Part shown: positions 11,183 through 21,816 of the stretch, piece by piece
Layout: each line of letters starts with the position of its first letter
Numbering within the stretch: position 1 is the first letter of the stretch
NCBI GenBank assembly: GCA_965235115.1
Contig: OZ249440.1
Location: 35,032,001 to 35,096,000, forward strand
Source: Laetmonice hystrix
Lineage: Eukaryota
Length of the DNA stretch: 64,000 nucleotides
Direction of reading: 5' to 3'
Program-made: the position numbers and the translations under genes
Notes under the pieces: generated by a model
Database searches by the model: none
The model's input: the letters and a program-made list of their open reading frames with translations, nothing else
Told to the model about the DNA's origin: nothing

Positions 11183-12392
11183 GGATAGCAGAACCTGTCT
11201 AGTAACGAGGGGCGGACATGGCGACGGGCGGACATGTCGTGTATTCGAAATTTTGTAGCATTCCTTTCTTCCTAATTATAGTATACGGGATACTAATAGT
11301 AGGCCTAATGGCCAATATCTGGTGATAGGTAGACCTATATGATAAGCATGTTTGTAACGTAAATCTTCTCACATTAGACTAGTCACCTGCCCTGTAAAGT
11401 TCGAGTATATAAGGCCTAAATGACACCCAACGCTTGGAGTAATGCGGACGGGTCTCACTAAAAGGCGAATGCCCACGAATGCCTGCAAATGGCGAATGCC
11501 CAATGTAAATAGCGAATGCCCAACGAATATCAATCCCTACCTCATTGTTGCTTGTGATCTGCTATCCCATGGTACTGAACAGCTTATATGTACAAGAAAT
11601 GTTCATAACCAGTCGGGATTACGCCAGAAAACGACCTAAAGATTAGGTGGAAGCTTGCGCCAGTTCACGGCTGCTGTGGTACCTGGCGCAATCACTAGGT
11701 GTCTCTGGTGGGGCCAGGGGATGCCCCCTGGTGACCACTTTGAACAGTACTTGCCCTGTTGTGGGTAACAGCTAGACGTAGTATCCGTCTCTGTAGCCTA
11801 TACTCTACTGTGTAGGCTACTCAACTAGGCCTATATGTGTATAAAAAACAATTTTTGTAAATTTAGAATGCCGAATATACGCTGTTATAGCTGCCTACGG
11901 CCTACCCGCCTATAGATTTTATGTTCAATGTTAACCATCCTGTTTAAGAAAATGTTATGTATGCTAATATATTCCTATATCAATGCCTGTAATGCAACCA
12001 TTGAATAAAACATTATACAATCCAAAGAAATGGCTGAAGGTGTTGTGTATTGGTTCCGCTTGGGCCTATTATAGGAAAAGGAATAATAGGGGAAGGTTCA
12101 GGCCTCAGAATATAGTGTAACTACAAGCGTCTTTTTGTCCTGAACTTACGGCACTGAACTCTAAACGGTTCTTTATCGGGTATATTCCTATAGGCCCGAG
12201 GCCCCTACGTAGACATAGCCCCAGGCATTAATAAAGTTAAATTCCAGGTAGGTCTATGGCCCACGAGTCGACGCGTGCTGTATAATGGTCTATGTGTATC
12301 TCCGTTGTAGTATTTGTTATAATCATATACACCCCACGGTACCGGTTATATCCATGTAACCGAGCCCACGACCATTGCCGTATAACCCGGTC

Positions 12393-12500
12393 TGGGACCC
12401 GGCGGGGATTGAACGCAGATCGCTGGAATGGCAATCCTACGCCCTATCATTACGCCATGGCGTCACACTCAAGCCATGCGCTCTAACCACTACACTAGCC
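12393..12500 (-). mobile_element. Degenerate tRNA-derived SINE head(s)
   Basis: Minus strand TGGCGTAATGATAG (A-box-like) and GCGTTCAATCCC (B-box-like), with a second A-box-like TAGTGTAGTGGTTAGAGCG upstream. Confidence 0.45.
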
Positions 12501-12546
12501 GGGACACTTACACTGTTTAGAGTTGAACTGGACCAGATGGCCTCGT

Positions 12547-12598
12547 GGTGCTATGAATAAAACCCCTCGCTGACGCTCGGGGTTTTATTCATAGCACC
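12547..12598. repeat. 20-bp-arm hairpin with TCGCTGACGCTC loop
   Basis: GGTGCTATGAATAAAACCCC / GGGGTTTTATTCATAGCACC, perfect. Confidence 0.9.
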
Positions 12599-13492
12599 CC
12601 TCGTAATTTTTTTTCTCTCGAAAAAAAACCTCAACTGCGTCTCTGTTTTTTTCCTCGTGTTTTTTTTTGCTCACTCAAAAAAACCCTCTACTTCGTCGCG
12701 TGATTTTTCTGGTGCATTCGTTTTATATAAAGAAATGTCCCCAAACCCTTTTTTCCGAAAAAAGTATAAAAAATTAAAGTTTATTTTGGTGATATGTGGA
12801 TCATTCTGGATCTTAAATTAAGGCGATATAATACCATATAGCCAAACACATATTATAACTTAAAGGATATTTAACTTTCCATGACTTTAATTTAACTTTG
12901 TCTGGTATTTTTTTCTCGCGTTTTTTCTCTCTCACGAGAAAAAGCCTCGAAATTCTCGTTAGGCCTATATTATCTCGATGTGTCATATTTTAAATATGGC
13001 TAAAGCATACATCAACTATGCATAACAAGTTTAACGTGGACATTAGATTTATTTAGTCTTTTATTAAAGACTTTAGCATTATTAGTGTTTCTGTAGGCAT
13101 CAACTTCTTGTCGCGAATATTCCTATGGCAAATAATGGATATAGACATCATTTCTTACTTTGTCAATGAAAACATTTATTTTCACAATGAAATTTATTTC
13201 GCCAAATATAATCACTTTCTTTTTTCCTTTTTTATTTACTGCTGTGTCAATTCAAGGTGAAATAATAATTGTGAAATGATGAGCCGGTTATAAACGCGTC
13301 GAGGCTGGATGTTGATGTCGGGGTAACCTCAGTCCTTTCCGTTGTGTCGACAGGCTTTGCGCTAGCTTCTAATATTCGGCCCAATTCCTGCTGCTGATCT
13401 ACTGATGTCCTTTTATATGAACGAACTCATACTTAGAAAAGGCACAATAAAATTCACCACCCAAAAAATTGTTTCTATTATGAGCATAATTT

Positions 13493-13569
13493 GAGTGTCA
13501 TAGGGGATTGGAACTCGCGATGTTCTGTTCACGAGGCGACGACTCTAACCATTACACTACAGAAGCCGC
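13493..13569 (-). mobile_element. Degenerate tRNA-derived SINE head
   Basis: Minus strand TAGTGTAATGGTTAGAG ... GAGTTCCAATCCC, A/B-box spacing like a tRNA; no convincing acceptor stem. Confidence 0.5.
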
Positions 13570-13925
13570 TTTAGTATGTTTCCAGGCTAATCTGTCCTGT
13601 GTGCTGCAAAAATGCCAAGGTCATGGTCAATATGTGGTCGGTCAAAGAAGGGGTCAGCGAACCGCGACGACAGGCGTGCATGGTGTTTACATGTTATTTC
13701 CGTCTCACAACAGTGCAGAAAGGTGTTTATATAACCGCCCATGGGTTGGTTATACCATTGAATTCAGTGAGGACTCGGCATTTGATCCATATAACCGGAC
13801 ATGCAGTGCAGAGAGGATTATATGAGACCTGTACAAAAATACCTCATTTTATCGGAAAAACAATTTTAATGTTAAAATCCTTTTTCCTCTGTGGTGTATA
13901 CATGTTATTCAACTTATACTCGGGA

Positions 13926-13985
13926 GTGGACTCATGAAATATCCGATTCTCGCTATCGCTCGAAACGGTTATTTCATGCGTCCAC
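13926..13985. repeat. Imperfect hairpin with TCGCTATCGCTC loop
   Basis: GTGGACTCATGAAATATCCG / CGGTTATTTCATGCGTCCAC; loop and trailing CCCTCGTAA match those of 12547-12598. Confidence 0.75.
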
Positions 13986-14943
13986 CCTCGTAACCGTTGA
14001 ATAACCTATATACACCGTGCCTCTTGTGTTATCCTAGTAGTAGTTACTACGGTCTGTCGCAGTATGTCCCGTTATTTCAGGGCCAGTCGAAACCAGCCTT
14101 GGTGCCTTATTGTCTCCCTGCAGTGTTATGCATGCCTACACTAACCAGTCAACCGTGGATGCTGAGAGTCGCGCGCCGGTGTGTGTGTGTGTGGGGGTGT
14201 TTGGTGGTGGGAGTCAATATTAATATTAATTGTAAATCATTGAAATTTTAACATGGGCATAAAATTACCTAATGCTAATGTTACTGTTATACTTGCTTAT
14301 TTTTGGCCACCAGGGGAGGGGTGGTATAACCTGATACCGAGTGGGTGGGGGTGGGGGTGTGGGTATAATATAACCAAATTGGTACACCGTTATCAGAGGG
14401 GGCGCATACCTGGTGGCACTTGCTGGCTCCCTATCCCATCACATCCGACTGCCACCAGATTCTCTAACCATGTGTGACGAAGCCTATATAGCAGCAGCGC
14501 ACCCGTTCTGGCATATCATATAGCCTATACGTCCAGTGACCACGTACAGTTGCGGTCAATCATAATACTATAGGCCTATACATCATGGCCCGCAAGATTC
14601 CCTTGTGGTGTGTGCACTAAGGCGTGCAGTTCTGGATCCATCATACTGGATGCGCCAAATGGACACACATGTAAGTTGCAATTAAGGAATCCTGAAAGAC
14701 CCATTTCCAATTATATTCAAGTATTGTAATTAAATAAGGAACCTTCTGTACACTTCTATATATATAGCTGGATACTCATAAATGTGTTTGTGTTTACAGA
14801 AAGTGTGTGGTGATGACAAAGAAACAACTGGTGACCTGGGATGACGAAGACCTTCTCTTCTCCTGCCCCAACTGTGTGTTTGGCAGTCCCAAGACGTACA
14901 ACTATACAGCGTCCTTGTCGAGGTGTGTATTCAAGCTTAGTGA

Positions 14944-15210
14944 GGGGCCTCGGGTGGCCGAGTGGTCTAAGGTGTCGGCTCCATCATGACACCTAGGACC
15001 ATCGCCTCACACCGCTGCGACCCGGGTTCGATTCCCGGCCTGGGCTGCATGTGTGAAAGGTTTGTCAGTCAGTTCCTTCCCGAAGGTCGGTGGTTTCCTC
15101 CGGGTACTCCGGTTTCCTCCACCAAGAAAAACTGACTTTCATCTCATCTTCACCACCGTGATATGACCCTGGCTGTTGCAAGGCGTAAAACCCCAAATAC
15201 CCACCCACCC
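14944..15210 (+). mobile_element. tRNA-derived SINE with V-domain-like core
   Basis: A box TGGCCGAGTGG, B box GGTTCGATTCC, core GGTTTCCTCCGGGTACTCCGGTTTCCTCCAC, (ACCC)n tail; 13-bp TSD TCAAGCTTAGTGA (14931-14943 / 15211-15223). Confidence 0.93.
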
Positions 15211-15333
15211 TCAAGCTTAGTGATAGACTTAGAGTAGTAAGTCTTGTTACTCTAAGTAGTCTTATTACGCTAAGGTATACTTTATCTTGGGCTTACTCAA
15301 CAAACTATTGGTTTATATGCAATTTAATATGCT

Positions 15334-15506
15334 TGTAGCAGACTGCGGGACACCCGCGACCAGTGCTGCCACCTGTTGGTGGAGGAAAGGTGGAAATAAA
15401 GGAAAAAAGGGAGGTGGGGAAATATGGCGGTTAAACAGACGGTGTTTGTGGTTTCTTAAGTTCAAGTCGACCTGTGTGTGAGGATCGGTGGAGATTCTCG
15501 GGAACA
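15334..15506 (+). repeat. 5' LTR of BEL 2 (173 bp)
   Basis: Identical to the 3' LTR except a 10-bp indel between TGGAA repeats. Confidence 0.96.
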
Positions 15507-15554
15507 TTTGGTGCCCAGACCCGGGAAGGAACGTAGGCTTGGTTTATCGTCACA

Positions 15555-18500
15555 ATGGCGCAGCAAGAGGAACTTAAGAAGCTCAGAAGCTCAATGTCAC
15601 TCGGTGCAACAAAACGCTAGCAGCACTGGTGAGTGACATTGAAATTGACAGAGAGGCTCTCGATAGGGCTACGAAGGAACTAGAAAAAAGACTAGATGCA
15701 TTTGATCGAGCTCAGGGCGAGCTAGAGTTAGGTGTTCCAGATGAGGAAATGGAACAGTGCATCGCGGACGCCTCAGACTTTAGAAATGGTCCGCTTGGTA
15801 CTCTGCTTAAAGCAAGCGCGCTAGCCACCCACGGTAATCAGGAAGCAGATTCTGACAATGGCAGCACGGCACACAGTTCTGTAGGAGAACGAAATCTCAA
15901 TGTGAAGCTACCCCAGTTAGACTTGCCAAAGTTTGACGGTACTCTAATACACTGGCAACCATTTTGGGACAAGTTTCGAGCCCTCATTGGTGTAACTGAA
16001 CTTCAGCCGGTTACCAAGTTCAGCTACCTGACTTCAGTGCTTGAAGGTGAGGCAAAACAGGTCAGTCAAGGCCTGTCAGTGACTGACAAAAATTATGATG
16101 TCGCGTGTAAACTCTTGGAGGAGCGGTTTGGTCGTCCTGAACGCATTATCTTTGCCCAAATACAAGCCCTGCTATCCATTCAGTCTACAACTACAACACA
16201 AAGGGGTGCGTCACGAGTCGCTTCGCTGTGGCAACTTCAGGATACCCTGCTATCACACGTGCGTAGCCTTGAAGCTCTTGGCATCAAGGGGGAAAAGTAT
16301 GGACTGTTTCTTACACCGGTGATCCTGTCCAAATTGCCAAATGATATCCGCTTAGAATGGGCTCGCGAGGGAGAGAGCAAGGAAGCCGATCTGCAATTCT
16401 TACTAGACTTTCTGCGTAAGGAAATACAACGTCGAGAAAGGTCAGAGTTGTTCAGGGAAAACACTACGCAGGGTAATCAGCTGCCAGAGCAAAGAACATT
16501 CCCGAAAAGGAACGGCAAGACGCCTGCCTCAGTTTCGGCACTGCATGTGTCTTCAGCGCCAAGTCATCTCACATGTGTCTTCTGTGAAAAGACTCATCCA
16601 TCCCACAAGTGCAGGAAAGTGGCCAGAAGAGAGGACCGTCACCATCGGATCCAGACGCTGGGCCTCTGCTTCCGGTGTTTGGAGCCATCACATCGTGCCC
16701 AGTCATGCAGCAAGATTTGCAATATGTGTGAGGGGAACCATCACGCTGTACTTTGCAACAAGAACTGCTCCCCCCCGTCTTCCTCTTTAACTACAACAAA
16801 TACCGGCAACATTGAGGCTGGTACCAGTGACAACAAGGAGGCTACCTCGGGTCACAGTTCGCAGCCAAGCTCTACAGCGGTGAACCTACTGTCTACGAAG
16901 ACATCCACTGGCCATCCAAGTGTCAGTCAGACTCACACGGCCCTCCCCATTGTTGAAGTGTTAGTACAAGGGAAAGGGCAACCAGCGGTGAAAGCACAAA
17001 TGCTGTTTGATACAGGTTCCGATAAGACATATGTGTCCAGTAGCTTGGTACAGAGAGTACACCCTCAGCATGTTGGTACTGACTGTTGTAAGTACGGTGT
17101 CTTTGGTGGGGGGAAATCACCCCAGAGTGATGTAAAAGGTGTATACTCATTGAGGGTAAAGGGAGCAAGAAAAGGTCATGGTAACTTGGTCGCTGTAGAA
17201 GTACCTACCATATGTGCACCCATGTATCGCCCTTCAATACCTTTGTCAAAGTTAGCATTCTGTAACAAGGTAGACTTGGTGGACACTGGTATTACAGATG
17301 GAGAACCTGTCACGATAGACATTCTTGTTGGGTTGGATCAGTACTGGAAATTTGTAAGGGGTGGTGTGCTTGCAGGGGTTGATGGGCTAGTTGCCCAGGA
17401 AACCATGTTTGGTTGGATGATATCTGGGTCATGGGATTCCACTTCTTTTGGTACAAAGCGTTCAGTAACTCAGTTACTCTGTTTGCATGACATCCCAGAA
17501 CATACCCTGAGGAATTTCTGGGACCTGGAATCAGTTGGTATATCACCCAATGAGTTTGTAAACACAGGGATGGATCCAATCCTGACTCAGTTCAACAAAG
17601 GTGTAAAGTGGGTTGATGGAAGGTACGAAGTGTCTCTTCCCTGGAATGGTAAAAGGGGTGACCTGCTCAACAATGAGGTCATGGCTCGCAAGCGACTGAG
17701 TAGTTTAACCAGGAGATTGGAGGCAAATCCGGTCCTCGGGCAGGGTTATGATGCTGTTCTAGAAGAGTATGAGTCATTAGGCTACATAGAGGAGGTTGCA
17801 GATAGCAGGTCAACTCAATCCTCACCAACTTACTACATGCCTCACCATCCTGTGATCAGGGAGTCAAGTGTCAGTACAAAGGTGAGACCTGTATTTGACG
17901 CGTCAGCCGCAGGATTTAATGGGGTTTTCCTAAATGATTGTGTTGAGGCAGGTCCTTCATTAATCCCATCCTTGGTTTAAGTGCTGTTAAGGTTCCGCAG
18001 ATGGACAGTGGCCCTTTCTGCGGACATCAGACAGGCATTTCTGCAAATAAGCGTGTGCGAGCAAGACAGGGAGGTACATCGGTTCTTATGGGAGCACCAG
18101 GGCAAAACAAGGAACATGAGGTTCACTAGGGTCCCCTTTGGTAACAAGGCAAGTCCCTTTCTACTCAATGCAACGATCCAACATCATCTCGCTAGCTATA
18201 CTCAGACCCCTGGATGACTGGTTGACGGGCGCGGATAGTGAGAGTGAGGCGGCTGCCATGTTTGATGAAGGGAGAGAGGTAATGAACGGAGCCGGGATGG
18301 AGTTGACTAAGTGGAACTCGAACAGTGAAACTCTACAGGGCAAGTTCTGTCTCGATCTGGGGGACAAGCAGGTTGGCACTGCCTCTCTCAAGGTCTTGGG
18401 TGTAGGGTGGGACGCCCATGAGGATTGCTTTTGTTTCTCGGACTCTGAAAGTTTGATCCCCAACCCGGAGGGGATGGTCTGTACCAAGAGAGCCATACTG

Positions 18501-21209
18501 AGTCTCATCGCCCGTATCTTCGACCCCCTGGGGTTTCTCATTCCTCTCATCATGATTCCAAGTTCATCTTCCAGGAGCTATGGTGCTTGGGGGTGGATTG
18601 GGACGAGGAGGTTCCTGTAACTATTCAGACAAGGTTTGTCGGGTGGGCAATGGGACTAAAGTCTGCCTCTCAACTCAAGATCCCAAGGTGTTTCACAAAC
18701 CGCGATAAATGGAAGGAAGTTAGTGGGAAACTCGAAATACACGCTTTCGGGGACGCTTCACAGAAGGGGTACGGTGCAGTAGTGTACTGTCGGTTGCCGG
18801 TTGGGGATGGCAACACTTACCAAGTTTCCCTAGTCATGGCTAAGGGTAAAGTAGCACCCCTAAAGAAAGTAACCTTGCCACGTCTCGAGTTGCTGAGTGC
18901 ACTTCTATGTGCTCGCCTTGCCACATTTGTGATGAAGGCCCTAGAACTGTCACCGTCACATGTGTCTGTTACATGTTGGACCGATTCTACAATTGCCCTT
19001 GGTTGGATTCAAGGGGATTCTTCGAGATGGAAGCCCTTCGTGGCTAACCGAGTACGAGAGATCCAGGATCTCACAAGTCCATCTGATTGGAGGCATTGCC
19101 CAGGCGTGGACAACCCGGCAGATATAATATCTAGGGGCTCTTCAGGTAGTGGGCTTGCCACTTCCACTCTTTGGTGGAATGGCCCTCAGTGGTTGAGGTC
19201 CAACATCACTTATGGTGACCTTGGCGGCAGGGTTAACGACACCCACGAACAGGAAGCTCAGGACAAAGATGACCTTACAGCCCTTAACGTTGAGTCTCAT
19301 GAGGAGGCTATCACAGTCAGTCAGTACGGTATGCTGGGATGGGCCCTACGTATCACAGGACGGGTTCTCAGATTCATTCACAATGCAAGGGGGAAGGAGT
19401 CTAGCCGGACTGGCGCCCTATCACTGGAGGATCTGTCAGAAGCTAAAGTGAAATTGTTCTCACTGGCTCAGGAGGCAGCATATGCCGAAGAGCTGCATTG
19501 CCTTAAGAAAGGCCTCCCCTTGAAGAGAGACTCTTCTCTCCTACAGTTGAAACCCTTCATTGGACCAAACGGGTTGCTAAGGGTAGGTGGTCGACTCCAC
19601 AAATCACCGCTAGAATATGAGGAGAAACACCCTGTCATACTCCCTAAGGGTCATTTGACATTACTGTTGGTTCGCGACCAGCACCGAATGCTGAAGCATG
19701 CTGGAGTAGACACAATGATTTGCTCTTTACGAGCAACATACTGGATAGTGAGTCTCAGGGGGGCTAGCGAAGCGGGTTAAGCGAGAATGTGTTGCCTGCC
19801 GCAGGCAAGATACCAAAGCCTGCACACAGCCGTGTGGACCACTCCCATCGGAGAGAGTCACCGAAGCCCCCCCCCGTTTTCGGTGACGGGCCTAGACTTT
19901 GCAGGGCCGTTGTTTGTTCATGATTTGCCAGGGCGGAAACTTTACTTCCTCCTGTTCACGTGTGCAGTGGTCCGAGCTGTCCACATAGAACTCGTTGACT
20001 CAATGTCACTTGAAGATTGTGTACTTGCCATTCGCCGGTTTTGTGCACGCAGGAGGAACAGTAGACACTTTCTATTCAGACAATGCCAAAACGTTTGTTG
20101 CTGCATCCAAGGTTGTTCAGACCCAGTTTGGCCTCCAAGCCCCAAAGTGGAAATTCATTGTGCCTCGCTCGCCTTGGTGGGGTGAGTGAGTGAGTGAGTA
20201 GTTGGTGTTTAACGCCCAGTCAGCAGTATTTCAGCTATTTCAGGGCGAGAACAAGGTAACTAACTCAGTCGGTGAAATCCATTGGGTGATAATGAGATGA
20301 TAGGAGGAAACCTGGCATCGGGGCGAACCCCTACTCTTATCGATAGGTGCCAAGGGATCTTTAACGTGCCCCTCCACATAGACGTATCGTGACACGGCCG
20401 GCCTTTGATAAAGCAGTCGGCAGCACTGCTTATGCAGGAAAGTCCGGCGCGGCCGCGGATCGAACCCAGAACCCTTGGATCAAAGGTCCCGTGCTCTAAC
20501 CACTGCGCCACCCCGGTCCCCCTCGCCTTGGTGGGGAGGCTGGTGGGAAAGGTTAGTTCGTTCAGTGAAGGGTGCCCTAAAGAAGTCTTTGGGTACTCGT
20601 TGTCTTTCTCGGATAGAACTCGAAACATGTTTACAGGAGGTTGAAGCCTGCATCAACTCCAGGCCTCTCACATTTGTTGGGGACGAAAGGGACAGCCCTA
20701 CCCCCCTCACACCCTCTCATTTCCTGATCGGAAGAGGTGCTGCGGTCCTGCTAGAGATTGATAATGAGGCGCTCAAATCTGTATCCCCCTCCTTGTTCAG
20801 AGAAAGGTACACACTAGTACAACAGCGGTTGGAGTTGTTTTGGAGTAGATGGCGAAATGAATACCTCCGCAACCTCCCCACTTCTGTTAGAGGTACAAAG
20901 GGACGGTGTGACCTAAAGGTCGGTTCTGTGGTGCTAGTACAAGATGATCAAAGACCACGTATGAAGTGGCCTCTTGGTGTTGTATGTGAACTGTATCCTG
21001 GATCCGATGGGATCGTTCGAAGTGTGCGTGTGAAAACAGCCAAAGGTGAACTCACTCGATCAGTGCAAAGGTTGCATGACCTCGAGATTGTTGAGCCTGT
21101 CAAGGATGCTTGTGTTCCAGTACAGGAACCCCCAAATAAGACTGAAGTCACAGTCACCAGAAGCGGTCGTAGTGTCAAACCAAAGGTATTCGACGGGTTT
21201 CAAATGTAA
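15555..21209 (+). pseudogene. BEL 2 gag-pol, disrupted
   Basis: LPKFDG, CFRCLEPSHRAQSC, LFDTGS, YMPHHPV, truncated DDWLTG, FGDAS, GLDFAGP, SDNAKTF, GWWER; stop at 17980, frameshifts, SINE insertion. Confidence 0.92.
20183..20521 (-). mobile_element. tRNA-derived SINE with Meta/MESC-like core and (ACTC)n tail, inserted in BEL 2 integrase
   Basis: A box TGGCGCAGTGG, B box GGTTCGATCC, core GCACGTTAAAGATCCC; 15-bp TSD CTCGCCTTGGTGGGG (20168-20182 / 20522-20536). Confidence 0.93.
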
Positions 21210-21633
21210 TGGTTCTTACTTTAAAGAAGTAATTTATTTACTTCAGATTTAGTGGGCGTTGAGTGCCAAATATTATGTAACAGACTCCTGATAGTTTGGG
21301 GTAGAGCTTATACAGCCCACCTTAGTTACGTAGAAGCGTCAATTTAATTGGTAATTAATAGTTAGTTTATTTGGTTTCTTCAGCCTCTCGTGTGCGGTTT
21401 CATGTATAACGAATAAAGGAGGTTAGAAGAGTTTACCCTGAGTATGTAAACAAAGGAAACCTGATAGAGCTGTGTTTAAAATTTAATATGTAGACGGTCC
21501 GAGTGACCTACATCACAGACGGTTAACAGGACAGATAAATATAGACTTCCTAATAGCATTGTCACATTACTTATCATAAACCAGTATTATTGGTATGCAT
21601 GTTGGTGTTATCACAACCCCAAGGTGGGGAGTA

Positions 21634-21816
21634 TGTAGCAGACTGCGGGACACCCGCGACCAGTGCTGCCACCTGTTGGTGGAGGAAAGGTGGAACTCTT
21701 TGGAAATAAAGGAAAAAAGGGAGGTGGGGAAATATGGCGGTTAAACAGACGGTGTTTGTGGTTTCTTAAGTTCAAGTCGACCTGTGTGTGAGGATCGGTG
21801 GAGATTCTCGGGAACA
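21634..21816 (+). repeat. 3' LTR of BEL 2 (183 bp)
   Basis: Direct repeat of 15334-15506, followed by TSD ATGCT. Confidence 0.96.

Larger units (their letters stand above)
15334..21816 (+). mobile_element. BEL/Pao LTR retrotransposon 2, structurally complete
   Basis: LTRs TGT...ACA at 15334-15506 and 21634-21816; 5-bp TSD ATGCT; PBS-like TGGTGCCCAGACCCGGGA; PPT AAGGTGGGGAG; gag-PR-RT-RH-IN order. Confidence 0.97.

Noticed and set aside
14944..15045. tRNA genes (also 12393-12466, 13493-13569, 20450-20521)
   Set aside because: Only A/B boxes are retained; no convincing cloverleaf, and two are embedded in TSD-flanked SINEs.
20510..20521. SINE 5' end GGGGACCGGGGT identical to 12 nt of the LINE head
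   Set aside because: Low-complexity G-rich match typical of tRNA-derived heads; no extension.
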